A DNA stretch of 63,904 nucleotides, filler included, from an uncultured Methanosarcinales archaeon (GTDB lineage: Archaea > Nanobdellota > Nanobdellia > Woesearchaeales > CAYNLP01): assembly GCA_964398115.1 (NCBI GenBank). It is 3 parts of 3 records of this genome, joined end to end, with 100 filler letters (N's around TTAATTAATTAA, not from the genome) between each part and the next. Parts side by side here need not be neighbours in the genome. Positions count along the whole stretch, not along the records: positions 47,454 to 63,904 come from CAYNLP010000019.1; 2 more parts are not named here. One strand, written 5' to 3'. Shown piece after piece: positions 48,279-58,900 of this stretch. The notes beneath the pieces were generated by a model, which ran no database searches, was not told the DNA's origin, and saw nothing but the letters and a program-made list of their open reading frames with translations. A program made the position numbers and the translations under genes. Every line of letters starts with the position of its first letter. Positions within the stretch are counted from its first letter, which is position 1.

Positions 48279-49732
48279 ACAGTTCTGAAAAAGTAGAAAT
48301 GCTGATGAAAAAAGGAATTCTAGTAAGCCCCGACCTAGTTGATGAAGTAGACCCTAGCATAGCAGAACAACTAGAAAAAGAAGACGACACAGTAGTTCTA
48401 GACAGAGAAAAAATACAAGCCTTGAAACAAAAAAAGAAAGAACAACAACAAAAACGTCGACGTGTCAGAGTTCTCCAAAGCTACGAGAAAGAACCAGATG
48501 AAAGAACATACCAAGACTTTGTAAAACATTTCAACCGACGATTCGAAACCATGGAAAGAATGCTGAAAAACCGGCAAGAACTAGACCGTCTAACCAGTAT
48601 TGAAAGAGTTCAAAAGAAAGATGACAGAGACACAGTATCAATAATAGGGTTGGTAGATGAAAAATACGAAACACGAAGCGGGAACATAATGCTAACATTA
48701 GAAGACAAAACAGGGAAGATGAGAGTTTTAATAACACAAGACAGGAGAGAACTATACGAAAAAGGAAGAGACTTAGTACTGGATGAAGTCATCGGAGTAA
48801 CAGGACAAACAGGCTACAACATAATATTCGCAGACAGTATAACCTTCCCAGACGTGCCACTCGATCGAGAAAAGAAAAAAAGTCCGAAAGAAGAATACGC
48901 TGTTTTCATAAGCGACGTAGAAGTAGGAAGCGAAAACTTCTTAGAACAAAGCTGGAACAAATTTCTAGCATGGATGAACGGGAAAGTCGGAGATGAAAAA
49001 CAAAAAAGAATCTCTGACAAAATCAAATACTTATTCATAGTAGGCGACCTCGTAGCCGGCGTCGGCGTATACCCAGGACAAGAAGAAGAACTAACCATAC
49101 CAGATATTAAAAAACAATATCAAAAATTCGCCGAATACATTAAGAAAATACCTGACGACGTGGAAATAATACTTTGCGCAGGAAACCACGATGCAGGCAG
49201 GATTACAGAACCACAACCACCACTCTACAAAGACTTCGCAGAAGAAGTATACAACTTAGACAACGTCACCCTCGTTAGCAACCCAGCCTTAGTAAACTTT
49301 GGAGCGACAGAAAGCTTTCAAGGATTCGACACTTTACTATACCACGGGTACTCACTACCTTACTACGCAGACAACATACCCAGTATTAGAGACGGCGGCG
49401 GGCAGAAAAGAGCAGACCTAGTCATGAAATTCTACTTGCAAAGAAGACACCTAGCACCAACCCACGACAGTAACATGTACATACCAGACCCGGAAGAAGA
49501 TCCTCTAGTTATTGATAGAATACCAGACTTCCTCGCAACCGGACACATACACAGGACAGAAGTGAGTGGGTACAGAGGAGTAACCACTATGAACTGTTCA
49601 GCATGGACAGGCATTACAGAATATCAAGAAAAAAGAGGTCTCGAACCACAACCAGGAAGAGCCATAATAGTCAATCTAAAAGATAGAAATGTGAAGATAA
49701 TGAAATTCCTCACAAAGGAGGAAGAGCAATGA
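48275..49732 (+). CDS. polB: DNA polymerase D small subunit DP1
   Basis: OB fold plus metallophosphoesterase (SDVEVGS, GDLVAG, GNHD, YHG, GHIH); ATG 48275 overlaps cdc6 stop. Confidence 0.93.
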   Translation: MNSSEKVEMLMKKGILVSPDLVDEVDPSIAEQLEKEDDTVVLDREKIQALKQKKKEQQQKRRRVRVLQSYEKEPDERTYQDFVKHFNRRFETMERMLKNRQELDRLTSIERVQKKDDRDTVSIIGLVDEKYETRSGNIMLTLEDKTGKMRVLITQDRRELYEKGRDLVLDEVIGVTGQTGYNIIFADSITFPDVPLDREKKKSPKEEYAVFISDVEVGSENFLEQSWNKFLAWMNGKVGDEKQKRISDKIKYLFIVGDLVAGVGVYPGQEEELTIPDIKKQYQKFAEYIKKIPDDVEIILCAGNHDAGRITEPQPPLYKDFAEEVYNLDNVTLVSNPALVNFGATESFQGFDTLLYHGYSLPYYADNIPSIRDGGGQKRADLVMKFYLQRRHLAPTHDSNMYIPDPEEDPLVIDRIPDFLATGHIHRTEVSGYRGVTTMNCSAWTGITEYQEKRGLEPQPGRAIIVNLKDRNVKIMKFLTKEEEQ

Positions 49733-52700
49733 ACTGCAGTGAAGGAATGCAAGAATACTTCGACCAGTTAGAAAAAGATACGAAAGAAGCGTACAAATTT
49801 GCAGACCGAGCTAGAAAAAAAGGCGGTGTAGATCCAGAAAACCAAGTCCAAGTACAACTTGCACGAACACTTGCAGACAGAGTAATCGGATTAATCAGCG
49901 TGGTGGCACCACAACTGGAAGACAGCAAAGCGCCTGAACGCATCGATGAACTAGAAGAAAAATACGGAGTTTTAGACTGGAGAGTCGCTTTCAAAATAGC
50001 AGAAGATGTAGCCCGAGAAAAATTTTGCGAATTCGAAAGTGAAAAAGAAGCAATCGAAACAGGAATAAGGGTAGGGTTCGCCTATATAACACTTGGGGTT
50101 GTCAGCTCACCAATCGAAGGACTTACAGAACTAGAAATTAAAGATAGGAGAGATGGAGAAGGACAATACTTCTGTCTAAACTACAGCGGCCCTGTTAGGA
50201 ATGCAGGAGGAACAGCCGCGTCTGTATCAGTACTAATCGGCGACTATCTAAGAAAACAATTCGGTTATGAAAAATATGACCCGACAGAGAAGGAAATCAA
50301 AAGATGCCACGAAGAGCTCAGAGATTATCACGAAAAAGTTACTAACCTACAATACTATCCAAGCAAAGAAGAAAGCGATTTCATGATGGAAAACTTACCT
50401 GTAGAGATAGGAGGAGAACCAAGTGAAAGATACGAAGTGTCAAACTTCAACGTGAAAGACCTAGACAGGATACCAACCGATGTTATCCGAAGCGGTTACT
50501 GCCTAATCCATAGCAGTTGCCTACCACTCAAAGCACCCAAGATTTGGAAAAGATTCCAAAAGTGGGGGCATGAATTCGATATGGAACAGTGGGACTGGAT
50601 TGAAAAATTTCTCAAGATACAGAAAGAGCAAAAAGCAGGAGGTGATAACAGCGAAGAAAAAACTGAAAAGAAAATCAGTCCAGACTATACCTATATTAAA
50701 GACTTAGTTAGTGGAAGACCAGTTTTGGGACACCCATTACGAGACGGCGGTTTCCGGATAAGATACGGAAGAGGTAGAAACACCGGCTTGTCAGCAACCG
50801 GCATGCACCCAGCAACCATGGTTTTAACAGACGACTTCATAGGAGTAGGAACACAACTCAAAACAGAAAGGCCAGGGAAAGCAGCGAGTGTCAACGCGTG
50901 CGACACCATCATGGGGCCAATAGTTAAACTAAAAGATGGTAGCGTAGAACAAGTCGATGATCCAAAAAGAGCGAAAGAAATCAGACAAGACGTTGCGGAA
51001 ATACTATACATGGGAGACATGCTCATCAACTATGGAGACTTTTTCGACAGAGCCCACTCACTCGTGCCAGTGGGTTACTGTGAAGAATGGTGGAGTCAAG
51101 AAGTAGAAAAAGCCGCAGAGGAAATGTTTGGTGAAAAAAGTTTAGAAAAGATAAGTAACTTGACAGAAGTGAACGAAAAAAAGGTAGAACAATTATTGAA
51201 AAATCCTACTGAAACAAATGCTAGCTTTGAAGAAGCGAAAAAAATTTCTGAAAACATGGACGTCCCACTCCATCCACAACACACTTATTTCTGGCAAAGT
51301 ATCCAATCCGAGCAATTGCAAGAAATGATTAAATGGATCAGCGATGGAAAACTCTTAGAAGATGGTAAGTTAAGGCTGGAATTAGATGATGCAAAAAGAA
51401 TTTTAGAACTACTAGGCGTAGAACACTTAGTTGTGAACCAAGAATACGTCGTGGTTGAACAACCAGCTGCGTTGCTTTACCAACTAGACATGTCTAGCTT
51501 AGAAATGCCAGCGTTAACCCAAACCAAAGACACGCTTGACCTAATCAACAACTTATGCGACCTTACAATCAGAGATAAAGGAGGGACTTTCATGGGTGCC
51601 AGGATGGGACGACCAGAAAAAGCGAAGATGAGAAAATTGAAAGGAAGCCCACACGGACTGTTCCCAGTAGGAGAAGAAGGAGGCAGGCTCAGATCAGTAA
51701 ACGCAGCGATGGATGAGGGATATATCAAAGCTCAATACAGAATACACAAATGTCCTAGTTGTGAACAAGTACAACCATACAGTATATGCATTGACTGTCA
51801 AACCGAAACTGACAAAATGCAAGAATGCGAAAAGTGTGGATTAGTAGAAAATTGCAGCCACGAAGACGTTAGAACTTACAAAACATTTGAGATAGATATA
51901 GAGAAATACTTCAACACTTGTTTAGATTTGCTTGATACCAAAATATATCCAGACGTTATTAAAGGAGTGAGAGGGACGAGCAGTAAACATCATGATAGCG
52001 AACACCTAGCTAAGGGTATTTTAAGAGCGCATCACGGGATACATGTCAACAAAGACGGGACGACAAGATATGACTGTAGCGAGCTTCCACTCACCCATTT
52101 CAAACCCAAAGAAATTAACGTCTCGGTAGAAGAGTTGAAAAACCTTGGTTATGAAAAAGATATCCATGGTGAACCTTTACAAAGCAAGGAGCAAGTGGTT
52201 GAGTTAAAACCACAAGACGTAGTGTTGCCGTGTAGCCCCGATAATCCGGAAGAGCCGTGTGATGAAATACTGTATAGAAGTTCTAAATTCATCGATGATG
52301 CTTTACAAAAACTCTACGATGAAAATCCTTATTACGAATTAGATAGTAAAGAAGACTTAGTAGGACACTACGTTATTGGATTGGCACCCCACACTTCCGC
52401 AGGAATGGTCGGCCGTATTATTGGATTCAGCCAAACACAAGGCTTACTAGCACATCCTTTGTTCCACTCGGCGATGAGAAGGGATTGTGATGGAGACGAA
52501 GCATGCTTGCTGTTATTGATGGATGCTTTCCTGAACTTCTCACCTAACTACCTACCTGACAGTAGAGGAGGGACGATGGACGCACCACTCGTGTTGACGT
52601 ATCATTTGATACCTGAAGAAGTAGACGACATGGTGTTCAACATGGACATCACTAGTAAGTATCCGTTAGAGTTGTATGAAGCAGCGCAGGAGTATAAAGA

Positions 52701-53235
52701 CCCGTGGGATGTAGATGTTGAAGTATTAGAGAAGGTTTTGGGAGAATCTGAACAATTTGAGGGTATGAAATTCACGCACGATACTTCCAGCATTAATTCA
52801 GGTGTTTTGTGTAGCAGTTACAAGACTTTGCCTAGTATGGAAGAAAAGTTGAAAGGACAAATGGGGTTGAGTGCTAAGATACGCGCGGTGGATAAGAAGG
52901 ATGTGGCTAAACTCGTTATTGAAAGACATTTTATTAGGGATACGAAAGGGAATTTGAAGAAGTTCAGCCAGCAAGAATTCCGGTGCGTACAGTGCAACAC
53001 CAAATATAGGAGGCCTCCGTTGAAAGGTAATTGTGAAGAATGCAATGGTCGTATCATATTCACTATAAGTGAGGGTAGTATAACTAAGTATATGGAGCCG
53101 AGTATTAGCTTGGCGGAAGAGTTTGAAGTACCCACTTATCTAGCGCAATCTTTGGATTTGTTAAAACGTCGTGTTGAAGAAGTTTTTGGCAAAGAAGATG
53201 AGCGTCAGGAAGAATTGAAGCAATGGTTCAAATAA
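49729..53235 (+). CDS. polC: DNA polymerase D large subunit DP2
   Basis: RNAGGT, RMGRPEKAK, catalytic RRDCDGDE, C-terminal Zn finger. Confidence 0.97.
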   Translation: MNCSEGMQEYFDQLEKDTKEAYKFADRARKKGGVDPENQVQVQLARTLADRVIGLISVVAPQLEDSKAPERIDELEEKYGVLDWRVAFKIAEDVAREKFCEFESEKEAIETGIRVGFAYITLGVVSSPIEGLTELEIKDRRDGEGQYFCLNYSGPVRNAGGTAASVSVLIGDYLRKQFGYEKYDPTEKEIKRCHEELRDYHEKVTNLQYYPSKEESDFMMENLPVEIGGEPSERYEVSNFNVKDLDRIPTDVIRSGYCLIHSSCLPLKAPKIWKRFQKWGHEFDMEQWDWIEKFLKIQKEQKAGGDNSEEKTEKKISPDYTYIKDLVSGRPVLGHPLRDGGFRIRYGRGRNTGLSATGMHPATMVLTDDFIGVGTQLKTERPGKAASVNACDTIMGPIVKLKDGSVEQVDDPKRAKEIRQDVAEILYMGDMLINYGDFFDRAHSLVPVGYCEEWWSQEVEKAAEEMFGEKSLEKISNLTEVNEKKVEQLLKNPTETNASFEEAKKISENMDVPLHPQHTYFWQSIQSEQLQEMIKWISDGKLLEDGKLRLELDDAKRILELLGVEHLVVNQEYVVVEQPAALLYQLDMSSLEMPALTQTKDTLDLINNLCDLTIRDKGGTFMGARMGRPEKAKMRKLKGSPHGLFPVGEEGGRLRSVNAAMDEGYIKAQYRIHKCPSCEQVQPYSICIDCQTETDKMQECEKCGLVENCSHEDVRTYKTFEIDIEKYFNTCLDLLDTKIYPDVIKGVRGTSSKHHDSEHLAKGILRAHHGIHVNKDGTTRYDCSELPLTHFKPKEINVSVEELKNLGYEKDIHGEPLQSKEQVVELKPQDVVLPCSPDNPEEPCDEILYRSSKFIDDALQKLYDENPYYELDSKEDLVGHYVIGLAPHTSAGMVGRIIGFSQTQGLLAHPLFHSAMRRDCDGDEACLLLLMDAFLNFSPNYLPDSRGGTMDAPLVLTYHLIPEEVDDMVFNMDITSKYPLELYEAAQEYKDPWDVDVEVLEKVLGESEQFEGMKFTHDTSSINSGVLCSSYKTLPSMEEKLKGQMGLSAKIRAVDKKDVAKLVIERHFIRDTKGNLKKFSQQEFRCVQCNTKYRRPPLKGNCEECNGRIIFTISEGSITKYMEPSISLAEEFEVPTYLAQSLDLLKRRVEEVFGKEDERQEELKQWFK

Positions 53236-53236
53236 A

Positions 53237-53250
53237 TTTCAATATTGAAA
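53237..53250. promoter_or_regulatory. Perfect palindrome TTTCAATATTGAAA upstream of DoxX TATA box
   Basis: Same TTTCA-N4-TGAAA spacing as the 2948-3003 sites. Confidence 0.4.
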
Positions 53251-53300
53251 AGAATTAATCGATAATGTTATAAAAACAAGCAACTTCATTATAGAATAGA

Positions 53301-53705
53301 ATGTTAGAATTCCTAACAGGGTTTCAAGACATTGCACTTCTCTTCGCTAGAATTATGCTTGGAGCGATTTTCATCATTCACGGGAAAGGTAAAATGCTCG
53401 GGCCAGAACCCGGTGTTAAAGGATTCGCCAATTACTTGAAAAGTCTAGGATTTCCCCTTCCGATAGTGTTTGCTTTCATAGCCGCTATCGTAGAATTCTG
53501 GGGGGCCATAGCTCTCATAATGGGTGTGTTCACCAAACTCGTGGCAGGTTTGATGGCAGGCTTGATATTAGTCGCTACTTACGTTGGTGTTGAACAAGGA
53601 AAAGAATTCAAAGGCGGTTTAGAAGTAGACCTTCTAATCCTAACCACGAGTTTGATCTTAATGACGTTTGGGAGTGGAGCTTATACAGTAACTGCCTTGT
53701 TTTAA
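53301..53705 (+). CDS. DoxX-family membrane protein
   Basis: ARIMLGAIFIIHG..K, E..G, G.E, G.G.Y. Confidence 0.85.
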   Translation: MLEFLTGFQDIALLFARIMLGAIFIIHGKGKMLGPEPGVKGFANYLKSLGFPLPIVFAFIAAIVEFWGAIALIMGVFTKLVAGLMAGLILVATYVGVEQGKEFKGGLEVDLLILTTSLILMTFGSGAYTVTALF

Positions 53706-53977
53706 TACTCTACGTTGAAATCGTCGAATTCTCCAGTTGGTTCTTCTTCACTAACCTCAACATTGTTTACTTTAGCCATTAAAGGACCTTTATGGCAGAA
53801 ATCAATCAAGCTTTCTAGCTTGTTTTCATCGCCTTCCGCTACGACTTCAACACGACCGTCATCCAGGTTCTTAACCCAACCAGATACTCCAAGGTTTCTA
53901 GCCTTTTTTCTAGTATTGTATCGGAAACCAACGCCTTGCACTCTTCCGCTAATGAAAAGATGAACTCTCTTCATCAT
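53702..53977 (-). CDS. acyP: Acylphosphatase
   Basis: GRVQGVGFR, GWVKNL.DGRVE. Confidence 0.95.
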   Translation of the reverse strand: MMKRVHLFISGRVQGVGFRYNTRKKARNLGVSGWVKNLDDGRVEVVAEGDENKLESLIDFCHKGPLMAKVNNVEVSEEEPTGEFDDFNVEY

Positions 53978-54378
53978 TCATACGTGGAGTGTCTAGCACC
54001 GCAAGCCTGACACTTTACAATTTCAACATTGTTTTCTTTCTTTAACTTTGTATCTGGCTTGCCACATTCTTTACAGAAAACAAATTTGTCAGCATAATCA
54101 GTGATGGCTTTGTTAAGTCGAGAACTACTAACTTTGGTGCCTATGATTACACGATTTTTCACAACTTCTCCGGGAGCACCTACTTCTCCAAGAACATATT
54201 TTAACAAGTGTTCTGGATCCCTTTCTAAAGTGTCAGCGATTTTGACAAAATTACTGATTATAGTCTTGTTACCTTCAACGTGACCTTTCACTTTAGGAAT
54301 GTTAAACCGGCTCTGTTCAACGATTTCCTCTGGCAACTCGTCCTTTGCCTTATCCAAAAGTTCTTCATAACCTGACAT
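53974..54378 (-). CDS. eif2b: Translation initiation factor aIF-2 beta
   Basis: GNKTIISNF, CKECGKPDT..CQACGA. Confidence 0.95.
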   Translation of the reverse strand: MSGYEELLDKAKDELPEEIVEQSRFNIPKVKGHVEGNKTIISNFVKIADTLERDPEHLLKYVLGEVGAPGEVVKNRVIIGTKVSSSRLNKAITDYADKFVFCKECGKPDTKLKKENNVEIVKCQACGARHSTYE

Positions 54379-54465
54379 GTTTTAAACGAAACCTAGCACA
54401 GCTTTTAAAGCTTACCGTTACACCCCCCGCAATATTTAAATACTCTCTCTAGGCATAATTCAATT

Positions 54466-55320
54466 ATGGTTCTGGAAAGCCTGACCACGCCGATTAAAGC
54501 GGAAAACCATCCGGCCAGAATGTTTCTATATGGTTTTGCATACATGAGTGTGGCGTTGTTCCTTGCTCAATGGATTTTCAGCAGTCAAGCTAGTATAGTG
54601 ATGGTGTTCTTAGCAACGATGGCATGTATACCTTTGATTTATAATACTATAATAAGGGAGGAAAATAAGGATTTAGAGGGTTATGATGAGAAGTGGTTGT
54701 TGAAGGAACACAGTAAAGCTTTAAGTTATTTCATGTACTTGTTTATCGGCGTGACCTTAGCCACGGCTCTTTGGTACGTGGTATTACCGGCTGACACGGT
54801 TTCACAACTTTTCATTACACAATCAAATACTATTAACGCGATTAATGCGAAGGCGTCGGAAGATTTAGCAGTGCAAGCAAATCACTTTTCTAAGATCTTT
54901 TTCAACAACGTTAAGGTTTTGATATTTTGTGTTTTGTTCTCTTTCATCTACGGAAGCGGGGCTATATTTATACTTAATTGGAACGCGACCGTGGTTGGCA
55001 CCGCTATCGGGAATTTCATCAGAGGTGGCTTGACTGATTTTGCTCAACTTGCAGGTTTAGAAAAAATAACTCAGTATTTGGAGATTACTCTACTTGGATT
55101 GGTGAGATATGCCATTCATGGCATTCCTGAAATTTTGAGCTATTTCACTGCTGGCCTGGCTGGTGGTATAATCTCGGTAGCTGTGATTCAGCATGATTTT
55201 GAGACGAGAAAGTTTGAACACGTATTGCTTGATAGTGCTGATTTGTTGCTTATTAGTATAGCTTTGGTATTTGTTGGTGCGGTGTTAGAAGTTTTTGTCA
55301 CGCCAGTTGTTTTCGGATGA
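54466..55320 (+). CDS. SpoIIM/DUF95-like membrane protein
   Basis: IFFNN, WNA, HGIPE, A.LE; multiple TM segments. Confidence 0.8.
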   Translation: MVLESLTTPIKAENHPARMFLYGFAYMSVALFLAQWIFSSQASIVMVFLATMACIPLIYNTIIREENKDLEGYDEKWLLKEHSKALSYFMYLFIGVTLATALWYVVLPADTVSQLFITQSNTINAINAKASEDLAVQANHFSKIFFNNVKVLIFCVLFSFIYGSGAIFILNWNATVVGTAIGNFIRGGLTDFAQLAGLEKITQYLEITLLGLVRYAIHGIPEILSYFTAGLAGGIISVAVIQHDFETRKFEHVLLDSADLLLISIALVFVGAVLEVFVTPVVFG

Positions 55321-55324
55321 TTAA

Positions 55325-55957
55325 TTATTCTAGTACTTTGACTTTGCCTGGTTTGATTTCGAACACTTCGCCTTCTTCCATTAAGTTGTTCATGATGCGT
55401 TCGCCGTTGTCCACTCCTTCGATTACGTCGTCGACTTCGGCGCCGTTGCCTTCGTCTAATTCTTTTATTTTTTGAATGATTTCTTGTCCTCCTTCGACGC
55501 GTTCTTCTGCTTGTTCTTGTTTTTCACTAACGTCTTCTTCAACTACTTCTGCTTGTTCTTGTTTTTCTTCTACTTCCACCTTGGGCAAGAGGTCAATTTC
55601 TAACTTTCTGTAATCCAGCCATTTGTCGTTTTTGATTTCTTTAACGGCTTCGGCAGCGAGGTATAGTTCTTCATTGTACGTTCTTGGCCTGCCTATTATC
55701 AAGACTTTGTCTCCTACCTCGAAGTTTTCTAATGGGACTTCTCCAAAACTTCGTAGGCTTATCTTTCCACTCCCGTCATCAATGATTAAATTGTCTCCGT
55801 CACGACCGACTACGACTGCCATTATGTTAACTCGACTAACTTTACCTACTTCTGTTTCTACATAGCTAGGATCCCAACCTTCCTGCTGGACATAATTTCC
55901 ATCTAGGAGATGCCCGATTCTACACTTTTTTGCAGTCTGTCTTTGATACTCCGCCAT
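55325..55957 (-). CDS. RPA32-like OB-fold plus winged-helix ssDNA-binding subunit
   Basis: RVNIMAVV, DDGSG, VLIIGRPR, GEVFEIKPG. Confidence 0.8.
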   Translation of the reverse strand: MAEYQRQTAKKCRIGHLLDGNYVQQEGWDPSYVETEVGKVSRVNIMAVVVGRDGDNLIIDDGSGKISLRSFGEVPLENFEVGDKVLIIGRPRTYNEELYLAAEAVKEIKNDKWLDYRKLEIDLLPKVEVEEKQEQAEVVEEDVSEKQEQAEERVEGGQEIIQKIKELDEGNGAEVDDVIEGVDNGERIMNNLMEEGEVFEIKPGKVKVLE

Positions 55958-55960
55958 TTT

Positions 55961-58900
55961 TTACATCCTCTGTATCTTACCAGGTTGTGGTTCGAACACA
56001 TCACCTTGGCGTTTCAAACCTTCAAGAATTTCTTCTGCTTTATATTCTTCAATACCTTCTTCCGTAGCCTTTTGGATAATGTCTTCTTCCGGAATCGTCT
56101 CGCTGCCGAGAGTATTTTCTAAGTCTTGAATGATATCTTTCATAATATGTATTTGACTTCTTTGACTGGCGCTAATACCTGTGCTGATACGGTCAATGTC
56201 GATCTCTCCAGTTTCCGGATCCAAACCAATCTGACTTAAGCAATAATGCAAGAGGTCGATTGCTCGCTCAGCATCTTTCTTCTTAACTTTGTCACTCAAT
56301 CTCGTCTTTGCACTTGCCTCAGCTAACCTAACTAAAGCTTCTAATTGTCTAGCCGAGATAGGGATGGCGCGGATGCCTTCGCTTTCATCCGTGCTCGTGC
56401 TTCTCATCTGTACGAAATAATTCTTGATTTCATTCATAGCCCCTTCAAGTAGGACAGGTCTGATTCTCTGCCTAGCATAGGCGATGTAATCTCTCAACAG
56501 CTCAGGGTCAATTTCTTCAAAACTGACTTCTTCACCTTCTTTCTCTTCACCCTCTTTATGCATGCCTAATATGAAACTAGCCATTTTCTCATCCTTTTCC
56601 TCATCAGGCAAATCACGAATAGGAAAGATTAAGTCAAATCGGTTAATCAAAGTACTCGGTAAATCAATCTGCTTAGCAATCATTTCATACGGGTCGAACC
56701 TGCCAAACTTAGGATTAGCCGCGGCCAACAACGTGGTTTCAGAACGCAACGTAGCTTGAATGTTCGCCTTGCTGACCGTGACGGTGTTGTGTAAAACAGC
56801 GGCTTGAGAGATGAAAGTGTGATGTGGTTCAACCGTGACGTCATAAGTCCATTCGTGCTCTGGCTCTACTCTCCTTACTTGTTTGACTCTTTCAAAACCT
56901 ATCTTGCCATAGGCCATGTTTTCAAAGAATTCAACTTGTTCTCGGTCTTCTTCTCTAATATCTTTTTTCTTTAGTTCATCCACTAGTTTCTGCAAGTGTT
57001 TCTTGCTAATTCCTTTACCTTTTTTGAGATAGTCGTGTTTCATAGTTGCTTTGTTATTATTGCCGACTTTGTCGATGTCATATTTCTCCATCAAATCAAT
57101 TATTTCTTCTCCACAACTTCTAACAACGTCTTTGTAAGTTCTAATCGGTGTTTTCTCTTCTAAGTAAGTTTGTACTTTTTCTTCTCTTTCTGTCCTGATA
57201 AATCCGATTTGTTCGTTGAATTTCTGAATGTTATCGTAACCTGTAACGTTTACCTTGTACGATCCCTTGTGTTCCGTTACCGAACTTCTAATTCCAAACC
57301 TTAACAAGAGATCTTGAACTTGTTCCACCAGCCTTTTACTATCGCTTCCATAACCAATTCTCAAAGTTCTTGGCTTCACACTAACATGACCGTCACCTTC
57401 AAACAACGCTTTCAACAAGTGTGCCACATCTTCTTTCCTACCTTTCAACAACTTGTCTGGAATGTGTTTTTCATCCCTACTTTTCAAAACGCCTTCGAGT
57501 TCTTCTTCAAAGAAACTTGTCAGCTCTCTTGAAATATATCTTAAGTGTTTCCAACTCCTACCTTCTACATTTCTTTCCTGTTCATAACAACCTATATCGA
57601 AAACTTCTTGCATGCAGTTGTCGAAGTCAACAAGTAACTCTTCGTCTTTATTGGTGAAATTAACACCGATGTTCTTACCTCGATTAACCTCTTTACATCC
57701 CTCACTTAACAAGTAACCCACTATGCGATAGATTTCTTCATCATTGTGAACAGGGACTTTAATGTGTTGACTTGCTCTAGAATTGAACAAATCTTCCTCT
57801 CTTGTTTCAAAACTTTGCGTTTCTCCACTAATAGGAGTTTCCGTAGGTACTGGTACGCATTCACCACCTTCTAAATTATCTGCGCGTACAGTTTTCATCT
57901 TTCCATCTTCTATGCAAAACACTGGGTGTTCCGGAGTTACCTTAATACTTCTGCCGTTGGTGAAAGTGACTTCATACATTTGATCAGGTGCTTTATGCTT
58001 GCTCACCCTATCAATCGTTACAGGATAGATGTCGTTCCAATCAGTCGTTAAGATTTCTTCATCCAGAACTTCCGGTTCGAGAATGAGACAATCGTTACCT
58101 TTGATAACTTTGTTAGGATATTCTTTGAGTTTTTCTTCAACGAATTCTCCGATTTTTCTTTCTCTTCCATCTGCCAAGGTTATCTTGGTGTCGTAGTTGA
58201 AACATTGTTGTTCGAGGCATTCGTGCATTGAAGCTCTGTCGTCGCTGTCCATCTTGTCTAATTCATCAATACAAGCGATTCCTTTGTTGGCTAGTACCAT
58301 CGCGCCGGCTTCGAGTGCGTATCCTTTGATGAATTCGTCTTTGACTACGCTTGCTGTGAGTCCTGCTCCTGTGCTGCTTGCTCCTGATACGTATCTTCCT
58401 TTTGGTGCTAGTTCGCTTATTCTTTTCAGCATTGCTGATTTTCCGGCGCCGGGGTCTCCAATGAGGAGTACGTGGATGTCTCCTCTTGTCCTGCCTCCGT
58501 TTTCTTTTTCTTTTTTGACGCCTCCCATCATTTGTAGTAGGAGTGCTTCTTTGACTTTGTCGTGTCCGTATATGCTGGGTGCGATGTTTTGGACGAGTTT
58601 GTCGTAGATTTTTGGTTCTTCGCTTAGGGCTTTGATTTTTTGTACTCTGTCGTCGTCGAGTTCGATTTCGGTGTAGTCTTCTTGTACTGGTTCTACGTAG
58701 TTGCCTTCCATTATGAGGTCGAACCTGGTGCTTTTTGCTCCGGTGCTTGTTGTGATTGGTACTTCTTTTACTATGCCTACTATTTCGATTCTGCTGCCAG
58801 GATTTGTTTTTTTCTCTGTCATTGGGCTTACGAGGTCGTTTCGGAAGTAGATGTTTAGACGTTTTGGTTGTTCTCCTCCTCGTAGGTCTTCTGGTGCTTC

